64,000 nt of DNA, taken from an uncultured Nitrospiraceae bacterium (lineage in GTDB: Bacteria; Nitrospirota; Thermodesulfovibrionia; Thermodesulfovibrionales; Dissulfurispiraceae). The stretch is from positions 512,001-576,000 of the forward strand of contig CAVSHF010000005.1 in the NCBI GenBank assembly GCA_963727805.1. Direction: 5' to 3'. Of the stretch, positions 20,045-30,774 are shown piece after piece. The translations under genes were made by a program, and so were the position numbers. Each line of letters opens with the position of its first letter. The first letter of the stretch is position 1. A model generated the notes under the pieces. The model was not told the DNA's origin and searched no databases. It saw only the letters and a list, made by a program, of their open reading frames with translations.

Positions 20045-21003
20045 TTCTCGTTCAGAGAATCGAAGGCATGAAGGTCAAGGTTGATTTTCCGTGCATATTT
20101 ATAAACCGGTTCATAATCTTCATCCCTTGTTTCGATAAATTTGCTCGCACCGAATTGCTTCAGGACCTTCTGTCCTTCCGGATCCTGATCCATGTTAAGC
20201 ATGCTCTGTTTTAGTTTTTCCTTGAGTGCACTATTGAGGTCTCTTCGGACCACGATGCCATTTTCAGGGACGGCAGGTGATCTTTCAAGGATCATGAGTT
20301 CGTTGTTGATCCGGCTATCAGAGACTGCAAGTCTCTCGAACACCGTATTCTTTGCTGCACCGATATCGGCCTTCTTGTTCAGCACATCATAAAGTCCATC
20401 TTCATGAGTTCCTGTAAAATAGACTTCTTTCAGATACGTCCTGTAGTTCTTAATGCCCCTCGTTTTGAAATATACCACGGGGAACAGGTAGCCGGCCGTC
20501 GTTTCCTTATCGACAAATGCAAAGCTCTTTCCCTTCATGTCCTTGACCGTTTTAATGCCACTGTCTTTTCTCACAAAAATCAGACCGTAATAGGTTGATA
20601 TGCCGTCGAGGTTCTCGGGACGGGCAAGGACCTCAACGCCTAATTTCGTATGAGCAAGTACATAGGCAAAACTACCTAAGAATGCGGCATCGACGCCTGT
20701 AGAAACAATGTTATCAACGACATTCCCATAGCTGGGAATTACTTTCAAACGCACTGTCGCTCCGGTCTTTGCGGAAAGATACTCAGCAAGGGGCTGGTAT
20801 CTTTCCACCTGGTGGAAAATATTTTGCTCGGGGGGCAGTCCAATAGTGATTACTTGGACCGAAGGCGGTTTTTGCGGAGGGATCTTCCCCTGATTTTTAC
20901 AACCATATGGTGTACAGAGAAGGAGGCATAGAATTATGACTACTCTCTTAGTCAAATACCCTCCACTACAAATTCGATATGTTTGAATGTTGCCTTGCTC
21001 CAT
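20041..21003 (-). CDS. Phosphate/phosphonate-type (PhnD-like) substrate-binding protein
   Basis: YYGLIFVRKDS, AFVDKETTAGYL and FTGTHE motifs; overlaps the kinase start. Confidence 0.85.
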   Translation of the reverse strand: MEQGNIQTYRICSGGYLTKRVVIILCLLLCTPYGCKNQGKIPPQKPPSVQVITIGLPPEQNIFHQVERYQPLAEYLSAKTGATVRLKVIPSYGNVVDNIVSTGVDAAFLGSFAYVLAHTKLGVEVLARPENLDGISTYYGLIFVRKDSGIKTVKDMKGKSFAFVDKETTAGYLFPVVYFKTRGIKNYRTYLKEVYFTGTHEDGLYDVLNKKADIGAAKNTVFERLAVSDSRINNELMILERSPAVPENGIVVRRDLNSALKEKLKQSMLNMDQDPEGQKVLKQFGASKFIETRDEDYEPVYKYARKINLDLHAFDSLNEK

Positions 21004-21176
21004 TATAAAACGGCAGTTTTACGGTTAGCAAGTTCGTGTATGTAAATCTTATTAATTTTGTTAGGGAAATAAGATCAAGATTCTTTAATCGCCAGCCTTT
21101 TTGCGATGAATAGGCTTTGGAGTATACAAAGGGAATCGTCCCGACATTTTCGATTGTCCGGTCAAAAATAACTAAC

Positions 21177-22253
21177 CTAATTGCCAGAATCATCTATATA
21201 ATCTCGTATAAACTTTATGCCAGTCCTATATAAATTATGCTCAGAGTGTAAGGTCTCTTTCCAAATGACAATCCCTGTTTTTGCCCTTAAGCCATCCGCA
21301 AACGTTACAAGCATGTCATCAGCGAGAGGAGTGCTTGTCCGGATGCACATCCCCCCTTCGCTGAAATCGTCCACAATAGCATCGAGTATTGATTTCTTCC
21401 AATCTCTGATGTTTATGCTCTCGACAGAATAAGGAGACAGTGGAGCTATCGGGCTTCTCCTGTTCTGCCTTCTCTCGGTGGCCATCCTTCCCCCGACTGC
21501 CCTGCTTTTTTCGACCTCGATCCTATACGTTTCGGGGTCCACTTTTTTTAGACAGTCGGGGCAGATGCCGTGAGTAAAAGAGGCGTCGGAATGTTCCTGA
21601 ACATAAGTTTCCACCTTTTGCCAGTATCCCTTGTCGTCACGTACTTTTTTACACCAGGCACACATGGGGAGCAATCCTGTCAGGATTTTTATCTTAGCGA
21701 AGGCTTCCCGAAGGTCAGTAATGAGCTTCTCTCTTTCTCTTTCAACAAACTTCCGCTGGGCGATATCTTTCTGAAGCTCCTCGTTAAGCTTTTTCAATTC
21801 TGCCGATCGCTCCTCTACGAGATCTTCAAGGTGAAGGCGATGCATTCTGAGTGCCTCTTCGTTCTGCTTCCGCTCTGTTATATCGCGCCAAATCGTTTGA
21901 AAAACCATGGTGTCCCTTACGGCAATCACTTTTGTGATCACGTTGACGTCCCTTATTTCCCCACTTTTGGTCTTATGCCTGACTTCGAAATCAGCCTTCC
22001 CTTTGCTCAACACCTCTGCGATGCTGGCTCGGATCTCTTCAGGCGTCTCATATGGATCAATATCCGCCAGGCTCAGTCTTGCAAACTCCTCACGGGAATA
22101 GCCGAGCTGGAGGTGGGTCGCCTCATTAAAATCAATTATTCCCCCCCGGGTGTCGATGATCAGGATACCGTCAGGGGATTGCTCAAACATTGCCCTGTAC
22201 AGCAGTTCTGCCGGGATGATTCCATTATCATCTTTTTTCCGAGAGAGGCTCAT
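21177..22253 (-). CDS. PAS + CxxC...CxxC domain + PilZ-like protein
   Basis: PAS; CAWCKKVRDDKGYW...HGICPDC; RRQNRR and DFSEGG. Confidence 0.8.
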   Translation of the reverse strand: MSLSRKKDDNGIIPAELLYRAMFEQSPDGILIIDTRGGIIDFNEATHLQLGYSREEFARLSLADIDPYETPEEIRASIAEVLSKGKADFEVRHKTKSGEIRDVNVITKVIAVRDTMVFQTIWRDITERKQNEEALRMHRLHLEDLVEERSAELKKLNEELQKDIAQRKFVEREREKLITDLREAFAKIKILTGLLPMCAWCKKVRDDKGYWQKVETYVQEHSDASFTHGICPDCLKKVDPETYRIEVEKSRAVGGRMATERRQNRRSPIAPLSPYSVESINIRDWKKSILDAIVDDFSEGGMCIRTSTPLADDMLVTFADGLRAKTGIVIWKETLHSEHNLYRTGIKFIRDYIDDSGN

Positions 22254-22580
22254 AACAATTAGTGATCCGTTCTATCATAATGTCCGCCTGGAGAGAAACT
22301 CACGCTATTTATTATATTAACAGAAAAAAGGGATATTCTATTGGTGCTGCAAGTAGTCAGCGATCTTTGTATAGTAATAGTAATAGTAATTGAGGCAACT
22401 GCTGGATGAAGAGTGCAATATACACAGATGGTTCATTTCTGATTTCAGTGTGTAGGCAGGCGACATGCAAATGGTGCTATCAGATTATGCCCTGATTCAG
22501 TAATCTATAGGGACATAGATGGTTCTATCCGGCTATACTTATCGGATACAGAGGCGTTGAGGAATTAAATCAGAAATCCC

Positions 22581-23294
22581 ATGGGTCAAAAAACTACTCA
22601 AGGTTCGAACAGCCAAGCCGACAAGTCGGCCGGCCTCCACTGCTTCATGGATATCGTGGCCAGGGAGGCAGGTGAGTATGCCGCTGATCATACAACTCCC
22701 ATGTCCACACTCCTCGAGGAAATCGAAGATTTTACCATGACAAGGACATCACATCCTAGTATGCTCACCGGACGCGTTGCAGGCCGGTTCCTGCAGTTAG
22801 CAGCCCAATTGTCCGGGGCACAACACATCGTCGAAATCGGTACCTTTACCGGCTACTCGGCCCTTGCCATGGCCGAGGTATTACCCGAAAACGGCGAAAT
22901 TCTGACCATCGAGCATAATCCCGATCATGTCAAGATTGCACAGGATTTCTTCGACAGAAGTCCCTACGGCTTTAAAATTATCCTGCGGATGGGCGAGGCC
23001 TTGGAAATCCTGAAGTCCCTGCCCGATGCAAAAACCGACTTTGTCTTCATCGACGCCGATAAACAAAACTATAGCGCGTATTACAGAGAATCGATGCGGA
23101 TTACACGAAATGGCGGCTTAATCCTTGCTGACAATGCCCTGTGGTATGGAAGGGTCTTTGATCCGAAGGATGACGAAAGCTTAGCAATTGCTAACTTCAA
23201 TGAACTTGTAAAAGCAGACAATAGGACTGAAAAGCTGTTCCTCACCATACGTGACGGCATTTATTTAATAAAGAAACGCGCTAGCTTTGTATAA
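22581..23294 (+). CDS. O-methyltransferase (caffeoyl-CoA/COMT-like)
   Basis: EIGTFTGYSAL, FIDADK and ADNALW motifs. Confidence 0.9.
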   Translation: MGQKTTQGSNSQADKSAGLHCFMDIVAREAGEYAADHTTPMSTLLEEIEDFTMTRTSHPSMLTGRVAGRFLQLAAQLSGAQHIVEIGTFTGYSALAMAEVLPENGEILTIEHNPDHVKIAQDFFDRSPYGFKIILRMGEALEILKSLPDAKTDFVFIDADKQNYSAYYRESMRITRNGGLILADNALWYGRVFDPKDDESLAIANFNELVKADNRTEKLFLTIRDGIYLIKKRASFV

Positions 23295-23620
23295 TTCCGA
23301 ACATACAGGGGCCAAGTCTCTCGTCCCTATTAGGTTTTTGAACTATTGCACTCTATGCATTGTCGTCCCAATTATTTTTTAACGGAGCTGGAACCCACTA
23401 ATATTAAAGATTGTTATCGGAACTGCGTATTCAATCGGTGTGTCATCAAAATAGGCGTCGTTCTGTTGTGAACAGAATGACGCTTATTCATACTCCACAG
23501 AAATTACGATGAAAGTATATAAAGACTTTTTCTCGGTAGACTCAGTTCTAGAACTGATAGATTTGCATTCCTTTTGCACCGAGTTAAAGACTGAAATGAT
23601 CTGGTCTCCTGAAATAATTC

Positions 23621-24085
23621 CTAATTGCAGGCGAAAAACGTTACATATGTCCCGACTATTGAAATGCCAGCCCTTTGAATGTCATCTGCGAGCATATTCT
23701 TATCATGCCCGCTCGAGTTTTTCCAGGCAATAAAAAGCTCTTTGGCTGTACGGTAATTCCATCCTACATTTTCAACGCAACTGGTATGTCCCGAGTTCTT
23801 GAACCTCTGATCAAAATTGTCATGACAAAGAACGCCACGCCTTTGCATCTCGGCACAATGATCTTGTGCGAGGTGCGCCAACCTATCGTCGAAAGAGAGA
23901 GGCTTAAGGCCGCTACTCATCCGGTAATGATTGATCTGTGAAATCAACTCTTTAATATAGTATGCAGGCTTGCTGATGTATATTGTCGTATCTGAAGCCG
24001 ATGCGGCGGAGTAAAAGAGAAAGGCGGATAGTATGGCTGATATAATCATTCGCATACATAATATTAATATGATACAGGAATACAT
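23621..24085 (-). CDS. CAP/SCP domain secreted protein
   Basis: INHYR, ENVG and WKNSSGHDKNM motifs. Confidence 0.88.
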   Translation of the reverse strand: MYSCIILILCMRMIISAILSAFLFYSAASASDTTIYISKPAYYIKELISQINHYRMSSGLKPLSFDDRLAHLAQDHCAEMQRRGVLCHDNFDQRFKNSGHTSCVENVGWNYRTAKELFIAWKNSSGHDKNMLADDIQRAGISIVGTYVTFFACN

Positions 24086-24254
24086 TTAGTGATCGTGCTC
24101 ACAGACAGAAGAAAAATATAGTGCGGGAGGAGGGGCTAACTTCAAAAGAGAGGTGGACTGCTTAGGTCCCCTCTGCCTTTATGATTGATTTCACTATTTG
24201 CGTTTGCAAAGGTCGTCAACATCCTGACACTGTAAATTCACTGCAAATATTGAT

Positions 24255-25145
24255 ATGCTTGTTATCATGAAGGTAATTGGGAAAAGAGGGAAAGAGCGTG
24301 TACACTGGATTTCTCAGTTGGTAGCAAATAAGATGGCATTGTTCGCACTTATTGTAGCTTCGTGCACTCCGAATCTTTATCAGGGCCAAAAGGGAACGGA
24401 ACCCGTTCACCCGCAGCACCTATCCGCGGAATCAAGAAAAAGTGGCTTCCTAGCTGAGGCTCGCTCTGCGGCCGCGTCAGTCGATGATGCTTTATCGGCC
24501 TGTCTCAAGTGTCATCAATATACGGAAAACCACCATCCTGTCGATTTTGTCCCTGCTCGTTCATCCAATTTCCCTTTTCCGCTATATGACGGAAAAGTCG
24601 AATGTCTGACCTGTCATATCGACAATCATATGGGAAGTGAGCCGCACATGCTACGAGGAGGGCCTTATACTAACCGAAGAGAGATTTGTTTCAAATGTCA
24701 CTACGAAGAAGACTATGCTCAGATTTATCCCCATAGTATGCTGGATAACGAAGGTAGAATTTTGCAGGTAAATGGTAACCCAGTATGTCTCGTATGCCAT
24801 GCCAAAACACCAGATCCCAAGGTTGACAGAACAAAAGACGTGGCATTCAGAGCGGACGTGGCCTTCCTCTGCTGGCGCTGCCACTCTCTGATGGCGCAAC
24901 TAACACTTAATAGGCATATCCTTATGAAGCCATCAGCAAATATGCTCCGGGATATAGAACAATACGAGCAGGAGATGAAGGTGACCATTCCACTTGTACC
25001 GCGGGAGCGTATTACTTGTTCTACTTGTCATAATCCTCATGAGAAAGGGGTCATCACTTATGAACCTTCCGCTAAGGGAGCAGACGAGCCCCAAAGGCTT
25101 CGTCTGCAGTCGCCAGCTATTTGTTTAGTATGTCACAAAATGTGA
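24255..25145 (+). CDS. Multiheme cytochrome c, probable lipoprotein (7 CxxCH)
   Basis: CLKCH, CLTCH, CFKCH, CLVCH, CWRCH, CSTCH, CLVCH; IVASC lipobox-like motif. Start uncertain. Confidence 0.9.
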   Translation: MLVIMKVIGKRGKERVHWISQLVANKMALFALIVASCTPNLYQGQKGTEPVHPQHLSAESRKSGFLAEARSAAASVDDALSACLKCHQYTENHHPVDFVPARSSNFPFPLYDGKVECLTCHIDNHMGSEPHMLRGGPYTNRREICFKCHYEEDYAQIYPHSMLDNEGRILQVNGNPVCLVCHAKTPDPKVDRTKDVAFRADVAFLCWRCHSLMAQLTLNRHILMKPSANMLRDIEQYEQEMKVTIPLVPRERITCSTCHNPHEKGVITYEPSAKGADEPQRLRLQSPAICLVCHKM

Positions 25146-25859
25146 ACAGAAGAATCCTTAAGATTGATTAAGTTCCTTGCCGAGTCTCCACAAGATCGAC
25201 CACGACTGTAGGATCCGCAAGTGTCGAGGTATCGCCAAGGGCGTCTATCTCGCCCTTGCGATTTTTCTCCATATCCTTCTCATGATCTATCTTTGCTATT
25301 AACTTCCTCTTCTTGGGAAAGCCACAACGTAAGCCTCTACTGCAATGTATAATGCGTCAAATAAGGAGAAGAGTATATAAAAGGTCTTTCACTGTGGCCA
25401 TATCCTGACTAGATAAAATGCGATAGATTTGACGAAGGTGGCAATGATAGCTATGCTGCCCTTATACAGACGAATACGAATATTACGATATTTAAAGACG
25501 ATTTCAATCACCTGGCATGCTTGAGGAGATCATGCAGTTATCAGGCATGGAATCACATCAAAAATAACGAAATTGTCATCAGTCAAAAAAATTATTTCTC
25601 TAGGTATTCAATATATTCAATCAACGCCTGCAAGTCTGTCGGTTTTGTCAGTCTCGTCGCGATTAGCCATCACAAGTAATAACTGTCAGTCTTTACAGTT
25701 TCAGGATAACCCCGTGAAGCGCACTTCACGAGACCATAACTTAAGAGCTGCTCAAATCTCCCCAAACGAGGACATTGATCCTGATATCAGACAATGGCAC
25801 TTGGACCCACTTTTTATATATAACGTTATTTATCAGTTAGTTTAAGCTGGTCTTCAGAA

Positions 25860-25875
25860 TGGCATGCCAGTTGCA
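25860..25875 (+). promoter_or_regulatory. Sigma-54 promoter
   Basis: TGGCATGCCAGTTGCA, 50 bp before the ATG at 25926. Confidence 0.75.
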
Positions 25876-25925
25876 AAATATAATTACAATGCAGCAAAAA
25901 TAAAAATAAAAAAGAGGTATATCGC

Positions 25926-26294
25926 ATGAAGAAAGTACTCGCATTGATCGTTGTTCTCCTATTCGCTCTTTCCGTAACCGCAGTATTCGCAGCTGACAAG
26001 GCTATGGATACAAAGGCGCCTACGACGATGGAAGAGAAGAAGATGGACGACCAGAAGGCAGCAGCCGACAAGAAGGCCGACGCCAAGAAAGCAGCAGCCG
26101 ACAAAAAGGCAGCAGCCAAGAAAGCAGCAGCCGACAAAAAAGCAGCAGCCAAGCAAAAAGCAGCCGACAAAAAAGCAGCAGCCAAGCAAAAAGCAGCCGA
26201 CAAGAAGGCAGCAGCCGAGCAGAAGGCAGCTGACACAAAAGCAGCAGCCGACAAAAAGGCGGCCGACAAGAAGGATGCAGTCGACAAAAAATAG
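25926..26294 (+). CDS. Exported Lys/Ala-rich repeat protein (KKAAAD repeats)
   Basis: Signal peptide ending VFA, then low-complexity repeats; GAGG RBS. Confidence 0.85.
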   Translation: MKKVLALIVVLLFALSVTAVFAADKAMDTKAPTTMEEKKMDDQKAAADKKADAKKAAADKKAAAKKAAADKKAAAKQKAADKKAAAKQKAADKKAAAEQKAADTKAAADKKAADKKDAVDKK

Positions 26295-26317
26295 TTTTTG
26301 CGATCTTTCATAAGTAG

Positions 26318-26353
26318 ATAAAAGGGCAGGTGCTTCGGCACATGCCCTTTTAT
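26318..26353. terminator. Bidirectional intrinsic terminator
   Basis: ATAAAAGGGCAGGTGC-TTCG-GCACATGCCCTTTTAT between convergent genes. Confidence 0.85.
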
Positions 26354-26500
26354 TTTCGATCAAGAAGGGCAAGTGAAGTGCTCAAAATCCCTCGTGTTTC
26401 CTATCAAATGCGGATTCCGAGTGTATAGTATTGTGATTTATGAGTGCATTGCGGGATAATCCACGATTGTTCGCTTCAGCCAATCCTGGTTCACGTAGGA

Positions 26501-26872
26501 TTAATTGCGCCTGATTTCGGCCTTGATGGTTAACGTCACCTTCGGCCTTGCGGGGTCATTACTGTAAACACTTATGCTTTTTACGAGTGTGCCATTAGCG
26601 TTCCCTACGTCGACTGTCACGTTAATACTACCTTTTTCGCCGGGTTTGATCTGGCTCGAACTAGCCATTACCGCAGTGCAACCTCAAGACGGGTACAACT
26701 TCTCAATAAGCAAGTCTTCAGTCCCTCGATTGTATAGCTCAAAACTGTACTGTAACGCACTGCTCCCATTCACTATTGCAAAATCATGAACCTCGGAGTC
26801 AAAGCTGATAAAAGGCTGTGCGAAAGCCATGGGTGGCCACAACAACATCAAAAAGAACACTATCTTCTTCAT
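26501..26872 (-). CDS. DUF1573 domain protein, probable selenoprotein (PS-U-GCT)
   Basis: In-frame TGA at 26684-26686 in KLYPS*GCT; the frame continues with IKPGEKG...SNDP typical of DUF1573; hairpin TGGCT-AGTTCG-AGCCA follows the TGA. Confidence 0.85.
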
Positions 26873-27257
26873 ATGCACAGTATAGCATAATTAGTGTAGC
26901 CCGTCTGCAAAGAGTTACCTGTCAGATGTATATGAATGTAAGATTACCTCTTGAGTCGATTTTAGTGCCTGCACTTCCTGCCATCGCTGAACGACGTCGA
27001 ACGAAATTCTCAAGTCGGTCAGAAACTGCATACCGGTTCACTATGAAAATAGGGGAGAAGCCGTAGCTTGATGCTACTACTATTAGGAGTAAAGCGAAGT
27101 CGATAACGTTTTCGGCCTGCTTTTCACAACCGAAAGATGTCCGCTAGTCTGCAAGAAATAGCGTTAGCGGTCTGTGAGAAGGAGACCGATGTTTCGCGTG
27201 TTTCGCGTGGTTGCTTTGTCTCTCATCTTTGATAGAATAGAATAAGGTGATCACAGT

Positions 27258-27725
27258 ATGAAAGCTTTCACTCATTCAGTTTACACACTCCTTCTTGCCC
27301 TCTGGGTAGGGGGTATAAGCCTTTTTACATTCATAGTGACGCCTGATATCTTCAGTGCATACAGCAGAGATGCAGCGGGGAAGATCGTAGGGGAGCTTTT
27401 TCCGCACTATTTCCTGTTCACCCTCGTCGTTTCAATACTCGTACTCTTAGTCCTCCCTCTTTGCAAGTCCCTTTTCGGGCAAGCTGCCCTCCGCTGGTCG
27501 CTTTCGTTTGCCATCATTGCTGTCGCTATCAATACATTTGTGACGTTCAAGCTCTATCCAGAAATCCTTCGGGTTAAGCAGGAGGTCCAGTCCTTTCAAT
27601 CGCTCCCGGAAGCGCCAGAGAGGAAAACTTTCCGAAAGCTCCATGCCGTAAGTGCAACGCTTAACCTCATGCTCCTCGCTGATGGAGTCACCCTGCTCCT
27701 CATCAGCACATCCCTTAAACGATAG
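27258..27725 (+). CDS. DUF4149 membrane protein
   Basis: LWVGG, AGKIVGELF and FRKLHAVS motifs. Confidence 0.8.
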   Translation: MKAFTHSVYTLLLALWVGGISLFTFIVTPDIFSAYSRDAAGKIVGELFPHYFLFTLVVSILVLLVLPLCKSLFGQAALRWSLSFAIIAVAINTFVTFKLYPEILRVKQEVQSFQSLPEAPERKTFRKLHAVSATLNLMLLADGVTLLLISTSLKR

Positions 27726-28604
27726 TCTCAGCGGTCTTCCTCTAATGTGTCTGATATTCTAAAAGAAGTACTCCGTAATCTTCACTTCTGAGGAGGAAGG
27801 CAAGCCGCAGAATGGCATTTTTCGGGACCCTGCAGTTTAAGCCCCGTACTGCGTATCCCCATCTCGGTGACAACACCTACACCCATTTATTGAATTGGAC
27901 AAAAATATTTTAACAGTTCTCTATGTTCTATTTTCAATGAGTTCATTATGACCGTATTGTTATTCTTACACACTCTATTTTTATGCTAGCCGGCATGGAA
28001 TCATATCGAAAATAATAAAAAAGTGTAATGGTGAAATATCTTCGCAAGATATCTAAGACCTACACCATATTATCACTCTCTCAGCCTTGTGTGGCGATTA
28101 CGCTCAAACATGGTTCAAATGAGTATGCGCCCGAATTTCTTTGGAGGTAGTATTGCAGAAAAGCCCCCTTTTTCATGCCCTGCATCTTTTGCCACGTACG
28201 GCTGATGGCTATTTTGACGACTTCACCTACACTGTTTTGGGGTATACCGGAAAGGTGTGTAATTCCAGTTCAACTGCGGATTAAAAATAGCAGCAGACCA
28301 GTTCACGGGTTTCCCGGAAGTCAACAGTCATGGTGAGTTAAGAAACAGTGACGCATTAGTTGGGAAATTTACACTGTCAAAAAACTTGTTTCGACGGAGG
28401 ATAAGGCCAGCTCAAACAGATCCCAACAGATGCCGTTCATGGCGAGCAAATCTCTGCCACTGCAGATTTTGCCAGCTAACTTGCCGACGCGGTGATACTT
28501 GAAAATGAGGCATGCCGAAAATAATCGTCATTGTGCTGAGCAGTTGCGAAAGATGCTTATTCGAAGTCGTCGAACTTTGGACAAAACTTCAATGACGATA
28601 ATTG

Positions 28605-29471
28605 TCACATGCTCAGAACTGGAATCGGCACCGCGCAAAGGATTGCGTAGCCATGGGTCCGCAGGTGACGGCCATAAGGGCGGCACCCGGTAACCAGCAA
28701 GTCCGCCTTTGTCTGCTTTACAGCTTGGCTCAGCACCATAGGCACGTCACCACAACCAATGTATACGTCTGCCTTGATCCCCATGGTTTGCTGGAACTCC
28801 GCCATATGCCGAGAAGCGTAGCCAACATACTCCTTTTTCAACTCTCGATTGACGTAGTTGCCACCCGGCCCCCACAACTCCACTCCGGGAGTGACGTGAG
28901 CGAGCGTGAGACGGGCACCAAATTTGTCGGCAATTTGCACAGCCCACGACACAGCTTTGTCATTATGAGCGGTAAAATCTACTGCGCATAGGACATGGCG
29001 AATCGCAAACTCCTGCACTGGCGATTTTTCCACGTGGGCGTCGGTCCAAACCGGGCACTCGGTCCCGTGAAGTACTTTCGCTGTCACAGAGCCCAGAAGA
29101 AACTCGTTGAACGTGTAGCCATAGGACGGCATCATGATCAGATCGGCTTTTTCCTCCTGAGCCGTCTCCACAATTGACCAGGCCGCGTCGCCTTCGACCA
29201 ATAAGCACCGAATGGTGACGTCTTCAAGCTCCGGCCCGAGAGACTCATCCAAGTTTTTCTTGGCCTCTCTGGTGATCTCCGCCATCATATCCCAACCAGC
29301 AAGCTCGGGGCCATCCTTTGGCACACAGGCGGGTTGGCTCAGCGGTGTCACGACGTGCAACATCACGATCTCAGAATGGAAATGGTGGGCCAATGTCGCA
29401 GCCTGATGAATTACATGCAGTGAGGTATTCGGGAAATCAACCGGAAGAAGTATTTTCTTAATATTCAGCAT
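28605..29471 (-). CDS. Universal stress protein (two USP domains)
   Basis: ILLPVDF, ADLIMM and LGSVTAKVL motifs. Confidence 0.9.
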   Translation of the reverse strand: MLNIKKILLPVDFPNTSLHVIHQAATLAHHFHSEIVMLHVVTPLSQPACVPKDGPELAGWDMMAEITREAKKNLDESLGPELEDVTIRCLLVEGDAAWSIVETAQEEKADLIMMPSYGYTFNEFLLGSVTAKVLHGTECPVWTDAHVEKSPVQEFAIRHVLCAVDFTAHNDKAVSWAVQIADKFGARLTLAHVTPGVELWGPGGNYVNRELKKEYVGYASRHMAEFQQTMGIKADVYIGCGDVPMVLSQAVKQTKADLLVTGCRPYGRHLRTHGYAILCAVPIPVLSM

Positions 29472-29728
29472 CGCCCACCATCCGAAAAATCAAACTCGAC
29501 TTTCAGTCTATCGCCAGGAGAGCCTCTATAATCTCGAATAGAACGCTGGAAAGCACCTGTGACCTTTGTAAGAACCCAACTGGGGTCCATGGGGCTTTGA
29601 TAATATAACAAATCTGTCAACGCCCCAGAAAGACCAAACAAAATGACTCACCTGCGATGTGTTGGAGAAAAAAGCCTCTTCCTCGCGCTCTCATATATGT
29701 TGGCCGCCGACTACATTGATGCTTTTTG

Positions 29729-30010
29729 TCACCAAGTTCTCTCGTATAAGGACTTAGTCTTGGCTGTTATCTTTGCAACTAATTTACTGTTAGCAGTTGT
29801 AGATTTCTTCTTTGCAGCCACCTTTTTAGCGGTAGGTTCCTTGGAAGCTATTTCTTTTTTGGATGCAGGCATCGCAGTAGCGATTGCAGTCTGTCTGGAA
29901 TGCACAATTTTTTCCGCTTCAACCCAGTATTCGAGATCGTGGCCATGAATGCAACCATATTTCTGATACAGTTCATAGGCAATCTTTTCAATTTCTGCTC
30001 TTTTATCCAT
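29729..30010 (-). CDS. DUF2934 protein with Lys-rich tail
   Basis: IEKIAYELY...GHDLEYWVEAE motif. Confidence 0.8.
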   Translation of the reverse strand: MDKRAEIEKIAYELYQKYGCIHGHDLEYWVEAEKIVHSRQTAIATAMPASKKEIASKEPTAKKVAAKKKSTTANSKLVAKITAKTKSLYERTW

Positions 30011-30274
30011 TTATCATGCCTCCAAGTTTTCTTTGCTGCCTGCATAGTATAGACGCTGTTGACAAGTAAAAAGTTACAATTAGTAAATTAATCGAAGCAG
30101 AGCAAGATTTAGGTAGAAGTCGAGAGCATAGTTTGACGTTTCTAAACACTTTTGAACACTTGGCTGAGTATTGATTAGCGGTTGATCTTACCCCGCGCAT
30201 TTTGAACAATTTTAAAGGCGTTGATTTCAGGAAGTACATCTCGGTGCATGTTTCAACTCGCAGTCCATCGCTCC

Positions 30275-30343
30275 CGTCCGAACTTAGTCGGAATAGTGTC
30301 CGAAGTAAATCGGAACAAGTGCCCGAACTCAGCGGAATATCCA
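30275..30343 (-). mobile_element. Solo IS21-family-like terminal repeat
   Basis: TGGATATTCCG start, with three tandem 22-bp units of form T.TTCCG.....TTCGG.C. Confidence 0.6.
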
Positions 30344-30450
30344 TTTAGCGCTATCAACCTCCGTAGCAGACTTTCACCGCCAAGTATGCACCCATACTGG
30401 GCGCACACGACAATGCGGGATATCTGAGATCATCATGCCTTAGTGGGCGC

Positions 30451-30774
30451 TTATCTAGGCATACTGATGCCATGAGTATCCCGTAATACATCAGGGTCCT
30501 CCATCGTATCAAGCGTTGCTCTCCAGCCTTTCGCCTGGGTTAGCTGAAATTCAAGGTCAAGGATGTTAGATTCCGCACAAGCGATGAGATAGTCCCTTGC
30601 CTCTTCCCAAGTATTAAAGTAGTTGTCGCCGGTAGGCAAATCTGACCTCTTTGGAATGCTACGTCCCTTTGGGTAAGCAGGGTGAGCACTAAAAACAGAT
30701 GACGTGGTTTCACGAAGGACTTCAACCTTCTGAATGCTTGAACGACTCGCAGAAACCAAATACTTTGTTGTCAT
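30451..30774 (-). CDS. Hypothetical protein
   Basis: 107-aa ORF coupled to the upstream ORF. Confidence 0.55.
   Translation of the reverse strand: MTTKYLVSASRSSIQKVEVLRETTSSVFSAHPAYPKGRSIPKRSDLPTGDNYFNTWEEARDYLIACAESNILDLEFQLTQAKGWRATLDTMEDPDVLRDTHGISMPR

Noticed and set aside
25926..26294. Short tandem repeats as a CRISPR array
   Set aside because: They are in-frame coding repeats without unique spacers; the same holds for the TPR repeats at 33.4-34.1 kb.
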